Notes: generated by a model from the sequence alone, not told the origin. DNA of 64,000 bases from a virus (IMGVR_UViG_3300031555_001469); one strand, 5' to 3'; positions 38,988-49,019 are shown, counted from the first letter of the stretch. Program-made: numbers and translations.

Positions 38988-40541
38988 TTACATAGCATTC
39001 TTTAACTCCATGATTCTAGCAACCTGTTCTTTAGAATATCTTTCTCTAGAAAGGTTGATCATAGCATTGGAGTTGATAATACTATCTCTAGCGAAATTGA
39101 TATCATTGTTAAAACGACCATCATTTCTGCTAATATACATTGCATTACGAGGATTAAGAATTCTCTCTGCTCTTTCTGCAAATGGTTTATTTATCAGATA
39201 CAGAATATTAAGAGTATCCCCGTCGAAGTCAGCACCGAGAGGTTTCAGTATCTGTAATGGGATAGACATAGTAAAGTTATCATTAATTCCCACTACATAC
39301 ATCTGCATTAAAGATCCGTAGTTAATAGAAGGATTTCGATTGATTAATACAGGAATACCGTTAGGTGTATCCTTGATTAATAATTCGATAATAGTCTTAA
39401 CTCTAGGATCTAACTTAATCTGTGCTTTATACCATGTCTTATATGCTTCACTATAACTATAACCATATGTCTTCTGAAGTACATTGATAATAGTTTGCTG
39501 AAGTAATTCGACTAATCCATGATATGGTAATCTAACCTGATCGATTCGTAAATCCGGACCAGGCACAATTACAGATCGAGAACTGAAGTTATATCTTCCG
39601 CCGAAGAGCTGTCTGATAACACCCTTCTTCTGAGCAAGACCCGCTTCAATCTCTTTGTATAAATCATTATAGTAAGTCTGCATTTCGAATAAGAGCTGTT
39701 CCTTAGGTTTCTTACTTCTAGAAATTCTAAGGTTAGTTCTATTTAATTCCGCAGCTAACTTAGCCATGATATTATAAGTGGCATTAGTACCTTCGAATAC
39801 TAATTTCTCACCTTCTACTCTAAACGGTCTTAAGTGAGTAGTATATACAGGTACTGACTGTATAAATAACTTATCCAAGTTGGTCATGATATCATTATAA
39901 TATTCATACTTACCCGGATACTTATCTACATAATAATTTAAGATTTCCTCGATTCTTTCTCTAAAGGAAATCATACCGATTCCAAAGAACGGTTCATCTT
40001 TTACAATTTGGTCATAAGACTTTGACTTTAATAAATGAACCAAATCTTTATCGCTCTTTTTCTTGCTAATACTAAAACCATCAATATCTTTTTCATCGAT
40101 ACGTCTGATGATATTAATAAGCTTACTGGTTCCAATTAAAAACTCCAGTGATTTGTACAGATTCGGATGGATAAGATAATAAGGTCCTCTTATTACAATC
40201 CAACCAAAGTACTCGAAATCATCATCAAGGAATTCTACTCTATGCCCACAAATAGGACACTTAATTCCATGATTGATTCTTGACTTAAGATGACCACATT
40301 TACATTTATATCTATCTGCAAATGCGTTTACATCTTGTAACGTTTGACCATATCTCGTTGAGAATATGGTGTTGATACCATTATTGATATCTTTCTTGAT
40401 TGAGGATGGTTCTGTTATAACAAAACCATTACCTGTTAGTAAATCTTTTTCCCTCTCCTCATCCAGATTAATTCGTTCGAGTCTACACTCATAATGAAAA
40501 TCTGGATCAAAAGGATACTGTTTGTTAATGTTGTCTGCCAT
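38988..40541 (-). CDS. Phage multisubunit RNAP beta' N-terminal fragment (catalytic), probably the non-virion enzyme
   Basis: Zn site CKCG...CPICG, GGRYNFSSRSVIVPGP, INRNPSI, GADFDGD; early promoter at 40577. Confidence 0.93.
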   Translation of the reverse strand: MADNINKQYPFDPDFHYECRLERINLDEEREKDLLTGNGFVITEPSSIKKDINNGINTIFSTRYGQTLQDVNAFADRYKCKCGHLKSRINHGIKCPICGHRVEFLDDDFEYFGWIVIRGPYYLIHPNLYKSLEFLIGTSKLINIIRRIDEKDIDGFSISKKKSDKDLVHLLKSKSYDQIVKDEPFFGIGMISFRERIEEILNYYVDKYPGKYEYYNDIMTNLDKLFIQSVPVYTTHLRPFRVEGEKLVFEGTNATYNIMAKLAAELNRTNLRISRSKKPKEQLLFEMQTYYNDLYKEIEAGLAQKKGVIRQLFGGRYNFSSRSVIVPGPDLRIDQVRLPYHGLVELLQQTIINVLQKTYGYSYSEAYKTWYKAQIKLDPRVKTIIELLIKDTPNGIPVLINRNPSINYGSLMQMYVVGINDNFTMSIPLQILKPLGADFDGDTLNILYLINKPFAERAERILNPRNAMYISRNDGRFNNDINFARDSIINSNAMINLSRERYSKEQVARIMELKNAM

Positions 40542-40677
40542 AATTAAAAGATCCTCCTTTTATTATCATCATTATAATAATATATATTTCATTATTAAAT
40601 TGAGATATCTTATTTCTTTGTTTGGGTCTGAATAATTTCCAACAAAAAATAAACGTAGAGTTGTTAAATATAAAAAA

Positions 40678-40699
40678 CAAGCTAGCCGAAGCTAGCTTG
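40678..40699 (-). terminator. Intrinsic terminator with C(UUCG)G tetraloop
   Basis: Minus strand CAAGCTAGC-TTCG-GCTAGCTTG-TTTTTT. Confidence 0.9.
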
Positions 40700-40711
40700 C
40701 GCCACCTAAAG

Positions 40712-40810
40712 TCTATTCTACAAAAGAAAATATAAAACTATCTTAACGGTTGTTTACACGAACTAATCGTGTATCTTATGAGCTTTATAACAATCTTTTG
40801 TAGGAATAGA
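40712..40810 (-). ncRNA. Structured 3'-UTR element or small RNA
   Basis: Nested stems: 40712-27/40794-810 (16 bp, one bulge), 40731-39/40781-89, 40756-61/40767-72. Confidence 0.5.
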
Positions 40811-40815
40811 TAAGT

Positions 40816-41169
40816 TTAGGTCTCTTCAAAGAATAATTGTTTTTTAAGTCTCGCTACTGTGTACTGGGATAATTCTTGAACTTCTAATAAGTCTCGTATT
40901 GATAACTTATCTATGTAGTCAATTATGAAACCCTCTGATAACTTCTGTGAATATGAGATAATTTTCATATTCAGATATTCCATATTCTTTATAATAAAAG
41001 GTTCGGATAGCTTTTGATATAAGCTAAGCAAATCTTTATCAAAATATGAAATATGTTTTTGTAGGAAACCTTCCGAAAACTGTCGTTTTTCTATAAGATT
41101 ATCTAAATTAGTTTTAGAAATCTTAGAAATTATTTGCGACAGATAATCTTCAGAAAAATCTAAATACAT
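40816..41169 (-). CDS. QKLSE.FI 22-aa repeat protein (early)
   Basis: Repeats FSEDYL, QFSEGFL, QKLSEPFI, QKLSEGFI, QELSQ; early promoter at 41214. Confidence 0.8.
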   Translation of the reverse strand: MYLDFSEDYLSQIISKISKTNLDNLIEKRQFSEGFLQKHISYFDKDLLSLYQKLSEPFIIKNMEYLNMKIISYSQKLSEGFIIDYIDKLSIRDLLEVQELSQYTVARLKKQLFFEET

Positions 41170-41266
41170 AAAATCATTCCTTTCTCTCGAATATTTAGTT
41201 CCTCTACCTTATTATAATATATGCTTGGCAATAAGCCGTATACCAAAATAGGTATACGGCTCATTG

Positions 41267-42523
41267 TTATTTCATAGAGAATGCTTTCATTGGATCCATT
41301 TCGGCAAAGTCAATTACTGAGTTATGGAAGCTCTTCATGGATGCGTTCTTTAATCTAGATGGGACCTGAGGAGTTGCTGTACCAATATTCTTAATACCTA
41401 AACGGTAAAACATATTACCAGCACACATATTACAGAATCCGGTCTTTGATTCACACATTGAAGAGAATCTCATCTTTACTGTCTGACCAATTAACTCATT
41501 CTTATTATCAGATGTAATCTCTGTCCACTTATTTTTATACCAGACAAAGTTATACATATTTTCTTTAATATTCTTTGTAGTAAGAGTAATTGTAATAGTG
41601 CGTTTAGTACCACAATCACTACCCTTAGGGTCAAGAACCAAATGCTGGAACGCTCTCAAGAATAATTTTTCCTGAGCACCACCAACTTCTGTTTTCTTAG
41701 CACGAGCATATGGGCCTTCTACTAATGAGTTAGCCATTGTCACATACTCCTCTTTCTTGATACCGTCAACAAGATTGGATCCTACTACCTCATATCCCTT
41801 GTCAGGGTCAGGGTTTTTAACAGCACCTTTCATTACGTGCATATTCTTGAAGTTATTTCCCCAAGAACCTCTTGCTCCAGAATTATATAAATCTGCAGAA
41901 GGGTCTCCTTCTAATAATTCCTTAGCATATCTAAGTAATTCTTTCTCAATATCAGCAGCTGCTTTAGCTGAATTAGAATCACCAGATTTTAATTCTTTTT
42001 CATATTTCTTAAGTAATTCTCTTTTCTTTGGATCAAGCTCATTACTAATAAGAAGCATCTTCATTGTGTAGCCAGGGCAAAACATAGTAGAGTATGGCTG
42101 AAACTTTTGACATTTCATAGTAAATCTTTTTACTACTTCTATATCTATCTTATCTTCCATTAAAGCATATGCCATATCCTGATTGATGCTTTCATATTTG
42201 TCATTAGTAATTTCGTCTTCTATATATCCTTCTAATTCGAATAAATCTTTTTCGATAAATGTTTTATTGAACCACCAAGTACCTACAGTAGTTCTAAACG
42301 TATTAGTATTCTTATTTCCTTCTGGACCATAATATCCAGGCGGTACTACAAGAATATCATAAGGTTGACACTTAGGACCTTTGCCAAAATCCCCAAACAT
42401 TTCCATGAATGAAGATTCTTTTACTCCATATTCTTCGGTCATATTAAGCAGTGTGTTAATTACCTCTTTATCAGTTATCTCTTTAGGATATCTAATATTA
42501 GGATTTTTAGCCATTTTAGACAC
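41267..42523 (-). CDS. Phage RNAP beta' C-terminal fragment, probably the virion enzyme
   Basis: SGARGS, bridge-helix-like ARAKKTEVGG, DCGT, RFSSMC..GFCNMCAG, trigger-loop SMKSFH; late promoter at 42542. Confidence 0.88.
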   Translation of the reverse strand: MSKMAKNPNIRYPKEITDKEVINTLLNMTEEYGVKESSFMEMFGDFGKGPKCQPYDILVVPPGYYGPEGNKNTNTFRTTVGTWWFNKTFIEKDLFELEGYIEDEITNDKYESINQDMAYALMEDKIDIEVVKRFTMKCQKFQPYSTMFCPGYTMKMLLISNELDPKKRELLKKYEKELKSGDSNSAKAAADIEKELLRYAKELLEGDPSADLYNSGARGSWGNNFKNMHVMKGAVKNPDPDKGYEVVGSNLVDGIKKEEYVTMANSLVEGPYARAKKTEVGGAQEKLFLRAFQHLVLDPKGSDCGTKRTITITLTTKNIKENMYNFVWYKNKWTEITSDNKNELIGQTVKMRFSSMCESKTGFCNMCAGNMFYRLGIKNIGTATPQVPSRLKNASMKSFHNSVIDFAEMDPMKAFSMK

Positions 42524-42574
42524 CTCTCTTCTTATTTTCTATTAATATTAAGTTCGACAAAGCAACATAAAAAT

Positions 42575-42665
42575 AAAGGTGTCGTTGTTACAACTTTGCT
42601 GTTGGTTATTCATTTTATGTGCCTTCTTCTGAATTATCCCCCGTTACGGTATTCGTAACGGGGGA
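42575..42665 (+). ncRNA. Putative ~90-nt late small RNA
   Basis: AACA-TAAAAA-TAA at 42564 points into an intergenic gap ending in a 12-bp hairpin at 42637-42665. Confidence 0.4.
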
Positions 42666-42675
42666 AACATGTGTC

Positions 42676-43485
42676 TTAATAATAAATATCGTAAGTGATA
42701 TCGATACCCTTTGTAAGGTCAACTAAAGACTCACCAACAATATTTAACTTAGTAAGAGGTCTAATATTCTGGTAAACCTTCTTACCATTGATTTCTTTAG
42801 CCCATCCTGTAAGTAAAGAGATTGTGTTGATCTTTGCTTCTTCAATACCTGTTGTATTCAAGAACCAGTCTCTACAGTCATCACTTGTAATCTTTAACTT
42901 TAATCTTACATATGTCTGAGCTTCAGTAGATCTATCAATGTCATATACATTAGATGTAACTGCTGTTCCATCTGTATACTCCTGAATGAATTCAGGTTCG
43001 GAGTCGAATGTCTTAAAATAATACGCATTCATTCCATTTTCATTTGTCTTCTTACCAAAATATACATCTGTGTCAATATTGTCAGCAGATGCTGGTACAT
43101 ATCTAAACGGAATCAGATTTTCTGGTGCTGTCCATTTAGTATAATCTACAGGATACTTCTGAGATGGTTCAGTACCACCACCATCAATACCTACTGCAAA
43201 TAAATAAACCTTCTCACTAGCTCCATTTTCAGCAGCTGTTTCAGATGTACTATCATCTAAGCCAAGCTCTGTATTATAGCTAGGAGTGATTTCTTCCGAT
43301 GAGATATCAAAATGACATCTAGCGGTAAAGCTTGCACCTGGAATAATAACCTTATTATGAAGGTGCTCGAATAAAACTTCACCTAATCCATTTCTGATTG
43401 TAACGTCTGTTGTTAACTGAGAAGCCTTGTATATATCCTTGGCTTCATGCTTTTCTGACAGAAACTTTTTCTTAAACCAATTCAT
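42676..43485 (-). CDS. Virion structural protein (baseplate-type)
   Basis: Late operon; start moved to 43485 behind GGAGGT. Confidence 0.6.
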   Translation of the reverse strand: MNWFKKKFLSEKHEAKDIYKASQLTTDVTIRNGLGEVLFEHLHNKVIIPGASFTARCHFDISSEEITPSYNTELGLDDSTSETAAENGASEKVYLFAVGIDGGGTEPSQKYPVDYTKWTAPENLIPFRYVPASADNIDTDVYFGKKTNENGMNAYYFKTFDSEPEFIQEYTDGTAVTSNVYDIDRSTEAQTYVRLKLKITSDDCRDWFLNTTGIEEAKINTISLLTGWAKEINGKKVYQNIRPLTKLNIVGESLVDLTKGIDITYDIYY

Positions 43486-43507
43486 GGTAAATACCTCCGT
43501 TCTATAA

Positions 43508-46096
43508 TTATTCATATGTTTCCACTATATAACAATCATCTTTTTTAATCGATCCGTTTTCAGAACAAGCTAACTCTGACTCTACAGAAGGATGTGATGA
43601 AATATTTATATAGTCTTTGGAATTAAAGTATAACAATGGTGTACGGAATACATCTTCAATATTAATTGTATCCTTCCAATGTAATACGATCTTAATATCA
43701 GCTATCGTCTCAACAATTTCGACAACATCAGGAAATTGAAGAGAGATCCATCTCCAAGCTTTAAGCCAAACTTGTTCGTCAATGCCAAGCTTTTCGATTT
43801 CTTTTCTATTAGATTTAAGAGAAATAATAATATCACCATACTTAACACCATCATCTACATTGTAGATATCTGTCAATTCTCCAATACAGTCAATAGCTCG
43901 TATAGTATTCTCTAATTTGTTATAGAATTTATAAACTGTATTAATTTCAATAAGATGTGTCTTATAAGACTTAAAGAAATTAATAACCTTTTCCATATAT
44001 AACTGTACATAGTCTGCAGAAGAACCTGGTAATGTACTGTAAATATATGCAAAAGCATCTGAATCTAACCACTCATCAAGAGTTCCGATAACAGAAATCA
44101 TAGTATTAACTATTGCTGTCTGTCTAGACTGCATATCATTCATACCTTTAAATTTCATAATAGAGTCATATAATACAGCATCCCTACTCTGGATATATTC
44201 AGTCCAGGTATGAGCAGGCTGACCATTAGACATTCTAAAGAAATTCATATTAAAATCTGTTATATATAGAGCATCATGAATATGCTTATAAATATCGTAA
44301 ATATACTTATCATCAGCATTAAAAATCTGTTGTACGATATGGTCATATATTGCTCTATTTGTAATAAATACATCAGCCATTTGTTCATAACTTAAACATT
44401 CTAATGGCTGTTTAAAAGAGCCTATCTTCTTTGTATTAAGTAAGGTTTCTAAGCTATAACCTTTACTTACACAATAAGATTTAAGTTCATTTAAATCTGC
44501 TTCGAAGTTAAAGCCTTCTATTGTAAGTACTTTAGTAGGAGTCAGCATAAGACTATCCTCTAAACCTACATACAAATATCCTAAGCAGAATAAGTAACTG
44601 AACACATCAGTTAATTTAAAAAGATGATTTACTCTAAGAGAAGGAATAGTTAAATCCAAATTGAATCTAGTTCTTCCTGCAGCGTAGTCTGCATTACTCT
44701 TATAATATATCATATTGTAGAAGTAAGGTAAATCGAATGACATTCTAGTCAAGTCATATGTAGTATCAACTCCAATATACTTTGTTCTAGCAACTGTCAA
44801 TTCTTGATTAACGATAGCTTCTTTAATTTGATCATGATCTCCTTCTCCATCCCAATATGGATCAGCTAATGTGATTGTATCGTATTCTATATGGTTAATA
44901 GTTTCTTTGATATAATCATCAGCTTTATCTGTAATAGGAACTTTAATGAATTTGAGATCATAGTTCTGCATATTATCTGGAATCTTTTCTCCATCAGGGT
45001 CTAATAAATATTCCCCATCTTCATCCTTCTTATAAGCAAATACATAATTACCATTAGCATCTACTCTTCTATCTTTTAAGATATAATATCTAAAAATAGA
45101 TACGTCATTAAATCCGAATAAAGAACAGATGTCTATAAGGTTCTTAGTAGACGATTTGTACTTAAGAAGTGTATGCATATTCTTAATCATTGCGATCTGA
45201 TATTTAGTCGGAATCTCTGGCCAATATGGTATACCATTGGACTGGAATAAATACTGAATAGATCTATTATCAAAGATTTCTTTTCTTAATATAAATTCCT
45301 GTACTTCAGAAATAATATCAACCATAGTCATGATTAAAATAAGTATTATAATAAATTCATCATAATGATCAGAACCGTATTTAAAAGCTTCTGAATAAAT
45401 GGTTCTTAATGCAAAGATTCTATTAGTCTCATATTTAGTTTTAAACTTTTCTAAGACTTCGGCAGAATCTATATTAGGGATATAAATGATCTGGAAATTA
45501 GCAGCTTTTCTTGCTACATAAGAATCAATAGCGTTATCTCCTAAATAGTTTAAATATAAAAGATCTGGGTATAACTCTTTAACAGATTCTAAAATACCAT
45601 AACTCTCTAAGATATTTATCTCGTGAGATGTCATTTTATGAATCGGTAAAGACCAATCTACTTCTAAAGATCTATCGATTAAATCACTAGGTATTTTAAT
45701 ACCCTTATCACCAATAGGTGGTAATCCCATTAATCTACGATAGTAGGTATTCTTTTCTTCATAGTTATTAATAGTATAGGTTACCATCTTACTTGTTACC
45801 AGAGCTCTTTTAGATTCTGGTATATTAAATTTATCAATCAAACAAGCTTGTTTGATTGCTGCAGGTATACCACACTCAACCAGTATTGATTCTGGTACTG
45901 ATCTGAAAGTGGTAAATTTAGCCTTTCCTTCAACACATGCAATATAAATATTAGCATTTATTTGAGCTTCTAAAGTTTCAAACTTATTAGCTAACTCTTC
46001 ATTTTTGATTACAGAGTTGATGGCAAGTATTTTTGTATAATACACTAATTCATCTACAAAGGGATAATCAGTCAATATTTTCTTGACTTCATACAT
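43508..46096 (-). CDS. Large virion structural protein (baseplate wedge-type)
   Basis: 862-aa ORF; late promoter at 46121; LLKYKSS..NL..I..LFG resembles wedge proteins. Confidence 0.6.
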   Translation of the reverse strand: MYEVKKILTDYPFVDELVYYTKILAINSVIKNEELANKFETLEAQINANIYIACVEGKAKFTTFRSVPESILVECGIPAAIKQACLIDKFNIPESKRALVTSKMVTYTINNYEEKNTYYRRLMGLPPIGDKGIKIPSDLIDRSLEVDWSLPIHKMTSHEINILESYGILESVKELYPDLLYLNYLGDNAIDSYVARKAANFQIIYIPNIDSAEVLEKFKTKYETNRIFALRTIYSEAFKYGSDHYDEFIIILILIMTMVDIISEVQEFILRKEIFDNRSIQYLFQSNGIPYWPEIPTKYQIAMIKNMHTLLKYKSSTKNLIDICSLFGFNDVSIFRYYILKDRRVDANGNYVFAYKKDEDGEYLLDPDGEKIPDNMQNYDLKFIKVPITDKADDYIKETINHIEYDTITLADPYWDGEGDHDQIKEAIVNQELTVARTKYIGVDTTYDLTRMSFDLPYFYNMIYYKSNADYAAGRTRFNLDLTIPSLRVNHLFKLTDVFSYLFCLGYLYVGLEDSLMLTPTKVLTIEGFNFEADLNELKSYCVSKGYSLETLLNTKKIGSFKQPLECLSYEQMADVFITNRAIYDHIVQQIFNADDKYIYDIYKHIHDALYITDFNMNFFRMSNGQPAHTWTEYIQSRDAVLYDSIMKFKGMNDMQSRQTAIVNTMISVIGTLDEWLDSDAFAYIYSTLPGSSADYVQLYMEKVINFFKSYKTHLIEINTVYKFYNKLENTIRAIDCIGELTDIYNVDDGVKYGDIIISLKSNRKEIEKLGIDEQVWLKAWRWISLQFPDVVEIVETIADIKIVLHWKDTINIEDVFRTPLLYFNSKDYINISSHPSVESELACSENGSIKKDDCYIVETYE

Positions 46097-46232
46097 ATTT
46101 TTCCCTCCTTCCTTTTTGTCTTATTAATATGTGAAGATCTTATGGTGACCTTTATTCGTAATTAATTATATCAGAATACGGGGAATTGGGAAAAACATAT
46201 TAATAAATAAATATCAAAGGAGGGATTTATCT

Positions 46233-46895
46233 ATGAGTGGGCAATTAGGACCTCAGCAAATTTTACCTGAAGTTTTTAATTATAACATAGGTGGAAATCC
46301 TACTATATTCTCTCCTAATGCTGGATATGAACTTCCATTCTTCCAGACTAGAGATTCTCTCAGAGATACAGAGAGTTATAAAGCATTTTTAGATAATGCA
46401 ATCCATAGATTTAGAAAGAGCAGAACTTATAAAAACTATAAGGGATTCCTTATGAATCTTGGATTAGACCATTGTCAAATGCATGGTAATATATCTTCTG
46501 AAATGGCTAGTATAGAAATGCACCACAATGTATTGACTATATTTGACATTGCATTGATTATTACTGAGCACGTTTTAAATACTACTGGATATATTACTAC
46601 ATTCGATTTAGTTCAGCTCTTAGCTCAAGAGCATATGCAACATCGAGTTCAGTTAGTTATGTTATCATTAACACCTCATCAGGCATTCCATGATGATCCT
46701 CAGTTTTTCATTCCATCTACAATGTGTGTAGGAGATTGGGTTGCATTTCTTGAGAAGTATAAATCTGGAATCACTCAGGATATAGCTTATAAATTATTAT
46801 ATTATATCCGTAGAGAGGAAGAACTTAAAGGAGAACCATTCGATAATAATTTACTTGATTTAAGAGAAAAAATATTAGGATGGGCTCAAGAATAA
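46233..46895 (+). CDS. HNH/His-Me-finger-like late protein, paralog of 55946-56728
   Basis: C...IEMHH...TIFD...LVMLS..PHQAFH. Confidence 0.65.
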   Translation: MSGQLGPQQILPEVFNYNIGGNPTIFSPNAGYELPFFQTRDSLRDTESYKAFLDNAIHRFRKSRTYKNYKGFLMNLGLDHCQMHGNISSEMASIEMHHNVLTIFDIALIITEHVLNTTGYITTFDLVQLLAQEHMQHRVQLVMLSLTPHQAFHDDPQFFIPSTMCVGDWVAFLEKYKSGITQDIAYKLLYYIRREEELKGEPFDNNLLDLREKILGWAQE

Positions 46896-46935
46896 AAAAT
46901 AAAGAGGGAACCTTAATTGGTTCCCTCTAAATTTT

Positions 46936-47283
46936 TTATGAATTTGAAACGAGACTTTGCAATTCTCTTTCACGAGATGCTCTATCAAACATTTCATCGC
47001 TGAAATCATAATCGACTTCAGCTTTCATATCTCCGTTACCTACTGGTGTAAGAGTGATATCATTAATAATGCGTCCATTAATAATGATACCCGGTTCGAA
47101 TATAGTCTTCCTAGTTATATTCTTCTCTACATAAGAGATGATGATATCATCATCCTGCTTGTAGATATGTAACCAAGTATATCCGTTGCCACCAGACACA
47201 TTAGGACCAACTGTCTCCAATCTGACTGGGGCAACTTTTCCTAATCCCCACCGTAAACCTTCATGATAATATCCAATTGCCAT
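46936..47283 (-). CDS. Hypothetical early protein
   Basis: ORF with AGGAGGT SD. Confidence 0.75.
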   Translation of the reverse strand: MAIGYYHEGLRWGLGKVAPVRLETVGPNVSGGNGYTWLHIYKQDDDIIISYVEKNITRKTIFEPGIIINGRIINDITLTPVGNGDMKAEVDYDFSDEMFDRASRERELQSLVSNS

Positions 47284-47294
47284 GTCAACACCTC

Positions 47295-47489
47295 CTAACG
47301 ATTCATATAAGAAGCAGCCATCATTTGGAATTCTTCTGTCATCTGACGGATCATTGCGGCGTCACGCATAGCCTGTTCGTGAGCCTCATCCATCTTCTGT
47401 TGAATCATTGCGGCGTCACGCATAGCCTGTTCGTGAGCCTCATCCATCTTCTGTTGAATCATAGCCATCTGTTCTTCAAATGTCATCAT
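47295..47489 (-). CDS. Small Met-rich helical protein with an 18-aa tandem duplication
   Basis: AAGGAGG SD before the ATG at 47489; AMIQQKMDEAHEQAMRDA occurs twice. Confidence 0.75.
   Translation of the reverse strand: MMTFEEQMAMIQQKMDEAHEQAMRDAAMIQQKMDEAHEQAMRDAAMIRQMTEEFQMMAASYMNR
47350..47462. repeat. Perfect 54-bp tandem repeat (2 copies plus 5 nt)
   Basis: 47350-47403 is identical to 47404-47457. Confidence 0.95.
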
Positions 47490-47685
47490 GCCAAAAGCGC
47501 CTCCTTGACGCATGTCTTCTTATACCCCCGTAGTATTATAAGCTCTTTGGCTTGGGTAATAGAAGGATAAGATATTATTTCTTCTTATCACTACTATAAT
47601 ATACAAATAAAATATATGAGTTTTACGGATCATAGGTAAACTTCTAAACTGAAAACTATCTAGTAAAATAAACGGAGGTGTTTTT

Positions 47686-48111
47686 ATGATTGAAGCATTT
47701 TTAAACATAGATAAATTTTATATTGTAATTGCAGTAGTATTATTTATAGCTTTAAAGTATATTAAGATGGTAAAGACTACTAAAGAAAAGTATCTCAAAT
47801 TAGAATATGATAGATTAGACCTCAATATTAAACTCGATTTAGAGTTTACTGATATTTTAGATAAGCTTATAATGGATACTTTTAATGAGTATAAATTGCT
47901 TAATTTAGCATATGATGATACATTCATTAATAAAGACAAAGAGGAGCATATATATAAAGATATGACAGATCTAGTTTCTGCTAGACTTTCTAATACATTT
48001 ATTAAGCAACTTGGATTATATTATAATCCATCTATAATATCTGATATAATAGGTAAAAAGATCTATCTTATAGTAATGCAGTATGTAATTGAGCATAATC
48101 AAACAAAATAA
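47686..48111 (+). CDS. Membrane-anchored late protein
   Basis: N-terminal TM; GGAGGT SD; late promoter at 47654. Confidence 0.75.
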   Translation: MIEAFLNIDKFYIVIAVVLFIALKYIKMVKTTKEKYLKLEYDRLDLNIKLDLEFTDILDKLIMDTFNEYKLLNLAYDDTFINKDKEEHIYKDMTDLVSARLSNTFIKQLGLYYNPSIISDIIGKKIYLIVMQYVIEHNQTK

Positions 48112-48153
48112 AAAATAAAAGAGGAAGACTAATTAAAGTCTTCCTCTTAAAAT

Positions 48154-48558
48154 TTAGTTAGGATCGAAAATAAATGTTTTTAATCCGTACTTGTTAGCGT
48201 TGTCAATCATATTTTTAGTACCTTTAGATTTACCATCCCATAATGCGATAAGTACTCCAGTATATCCTTCTTCAGAAGCATATTTAGCTATCTGTTCATT
48301 TCGAATATATCCGGCTCGGCTACCATACTTATTCCAATCTGCAGGAAACTGCTTGACGGTTATATTATAATTACAGCCAAATTCTTCACCAATCTTATCA
48401 GCGCCTCTAGCTGTACCACTTACAATTTCAGTAAGATCTTTATCAAAGTTTGGTAACTTTCTGATACATTCGATAATAAAATCTTCGCCCAATGGATAAT
48501 TAACAAATTCTCTACTACCAGCAATAACAATTCTGTATTCAGTACGTCCTTCTACCAT
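48154..48558 (-). CDS. SLOG-family protein (YspA/DUF2493-like)
   Basis: IVIAGSR, IVSGTARGAD, ADWNKYG.RAGYIRN, WDGKSKGT. Confidence 0.9.
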   Translation of the reverse strand: MVEGRTEYRIVIAGSREFVNYPLGEDFIIECIRKLPNFDKDLTEIVSGTARGADKIGEEFGCNYNITVKQFPADWNKYGSRAGYIRNEQIAKYASEEGYTGVLIALWDGKSKGTKNMIDNANKYGLKTFIFDPN

Positions 48559-48622
48559 AATAGTTTCCTCCTTCTATAAAATATTCCCCGTGATGACTTT
48601 TATCATCACGGGGAAATACTGT

Positions 48623-49006
48623 TTAGACTCCTATGCTAAATACGTTAAGGCCGTAGGCTTTAGCAGCCCTTTCAGCTTCTTCTTTAGGATTGTCATACTT
48701 TTTATAAAACGTAAAAAGTAATCCTGAACAATCATCTTCAGTAGCATATTCAAGCATTTTATTGAATCTGATTTGATAAGCGTCAATAAGACCATATTGC
48801 TCTACATCTACATAAAAATCCTTTACTTTAATCATATTATTTGAAGCGAATCTATGAGCGATATCATCAGAATCTTCACCGAATCCGAGAATGTGAACAT
48901 CCTCCCAATCGATTGTTAATCCTGTAAGTAATTCGGACACATATTCTTCTACATCTTCATATGAAACGTAAGAATCTGTAGATATAATAACTCTGTATTT
49001 TGGCAT
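48623..49006 (-). CDS. Degenerate SLOG-like paralog
   Basis: Colinear with 48154-48558 (YRVII, F.VD.EQYG..A..IR, EYA.E..C.G.L, AKAYGL.VF) but the Gly-rich motifs are replaced. Confidence 0.6.
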   Translation of the reverse strand: MPKYRVIISTDSYVSYEDVEEYVSELLTGLTIDWEDVHILGFGEDSDDIAHRFASNNMIKVKDFYVDVEQYGLIDAYQIRFNKMLEYATEDDCSGLLFTFYKKYDNPKEEAERAAKAYGLNVFSIGV

Positions 49007-49019
49007 TATTAAAGCCCTC

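Noticed and set aside
40712-40810. Hammerhead ribozyme
   Set aside because: Topology is loosely similar, but the invariant CUGANGA and GAAA cores are not present (CUCAUAA and UAAA on the minus strand)
47350-47462. CRISPR-like repeat
   Set aside because: Two directly adjacent 54-bp copies with no spacer, in frame within a coding sequence
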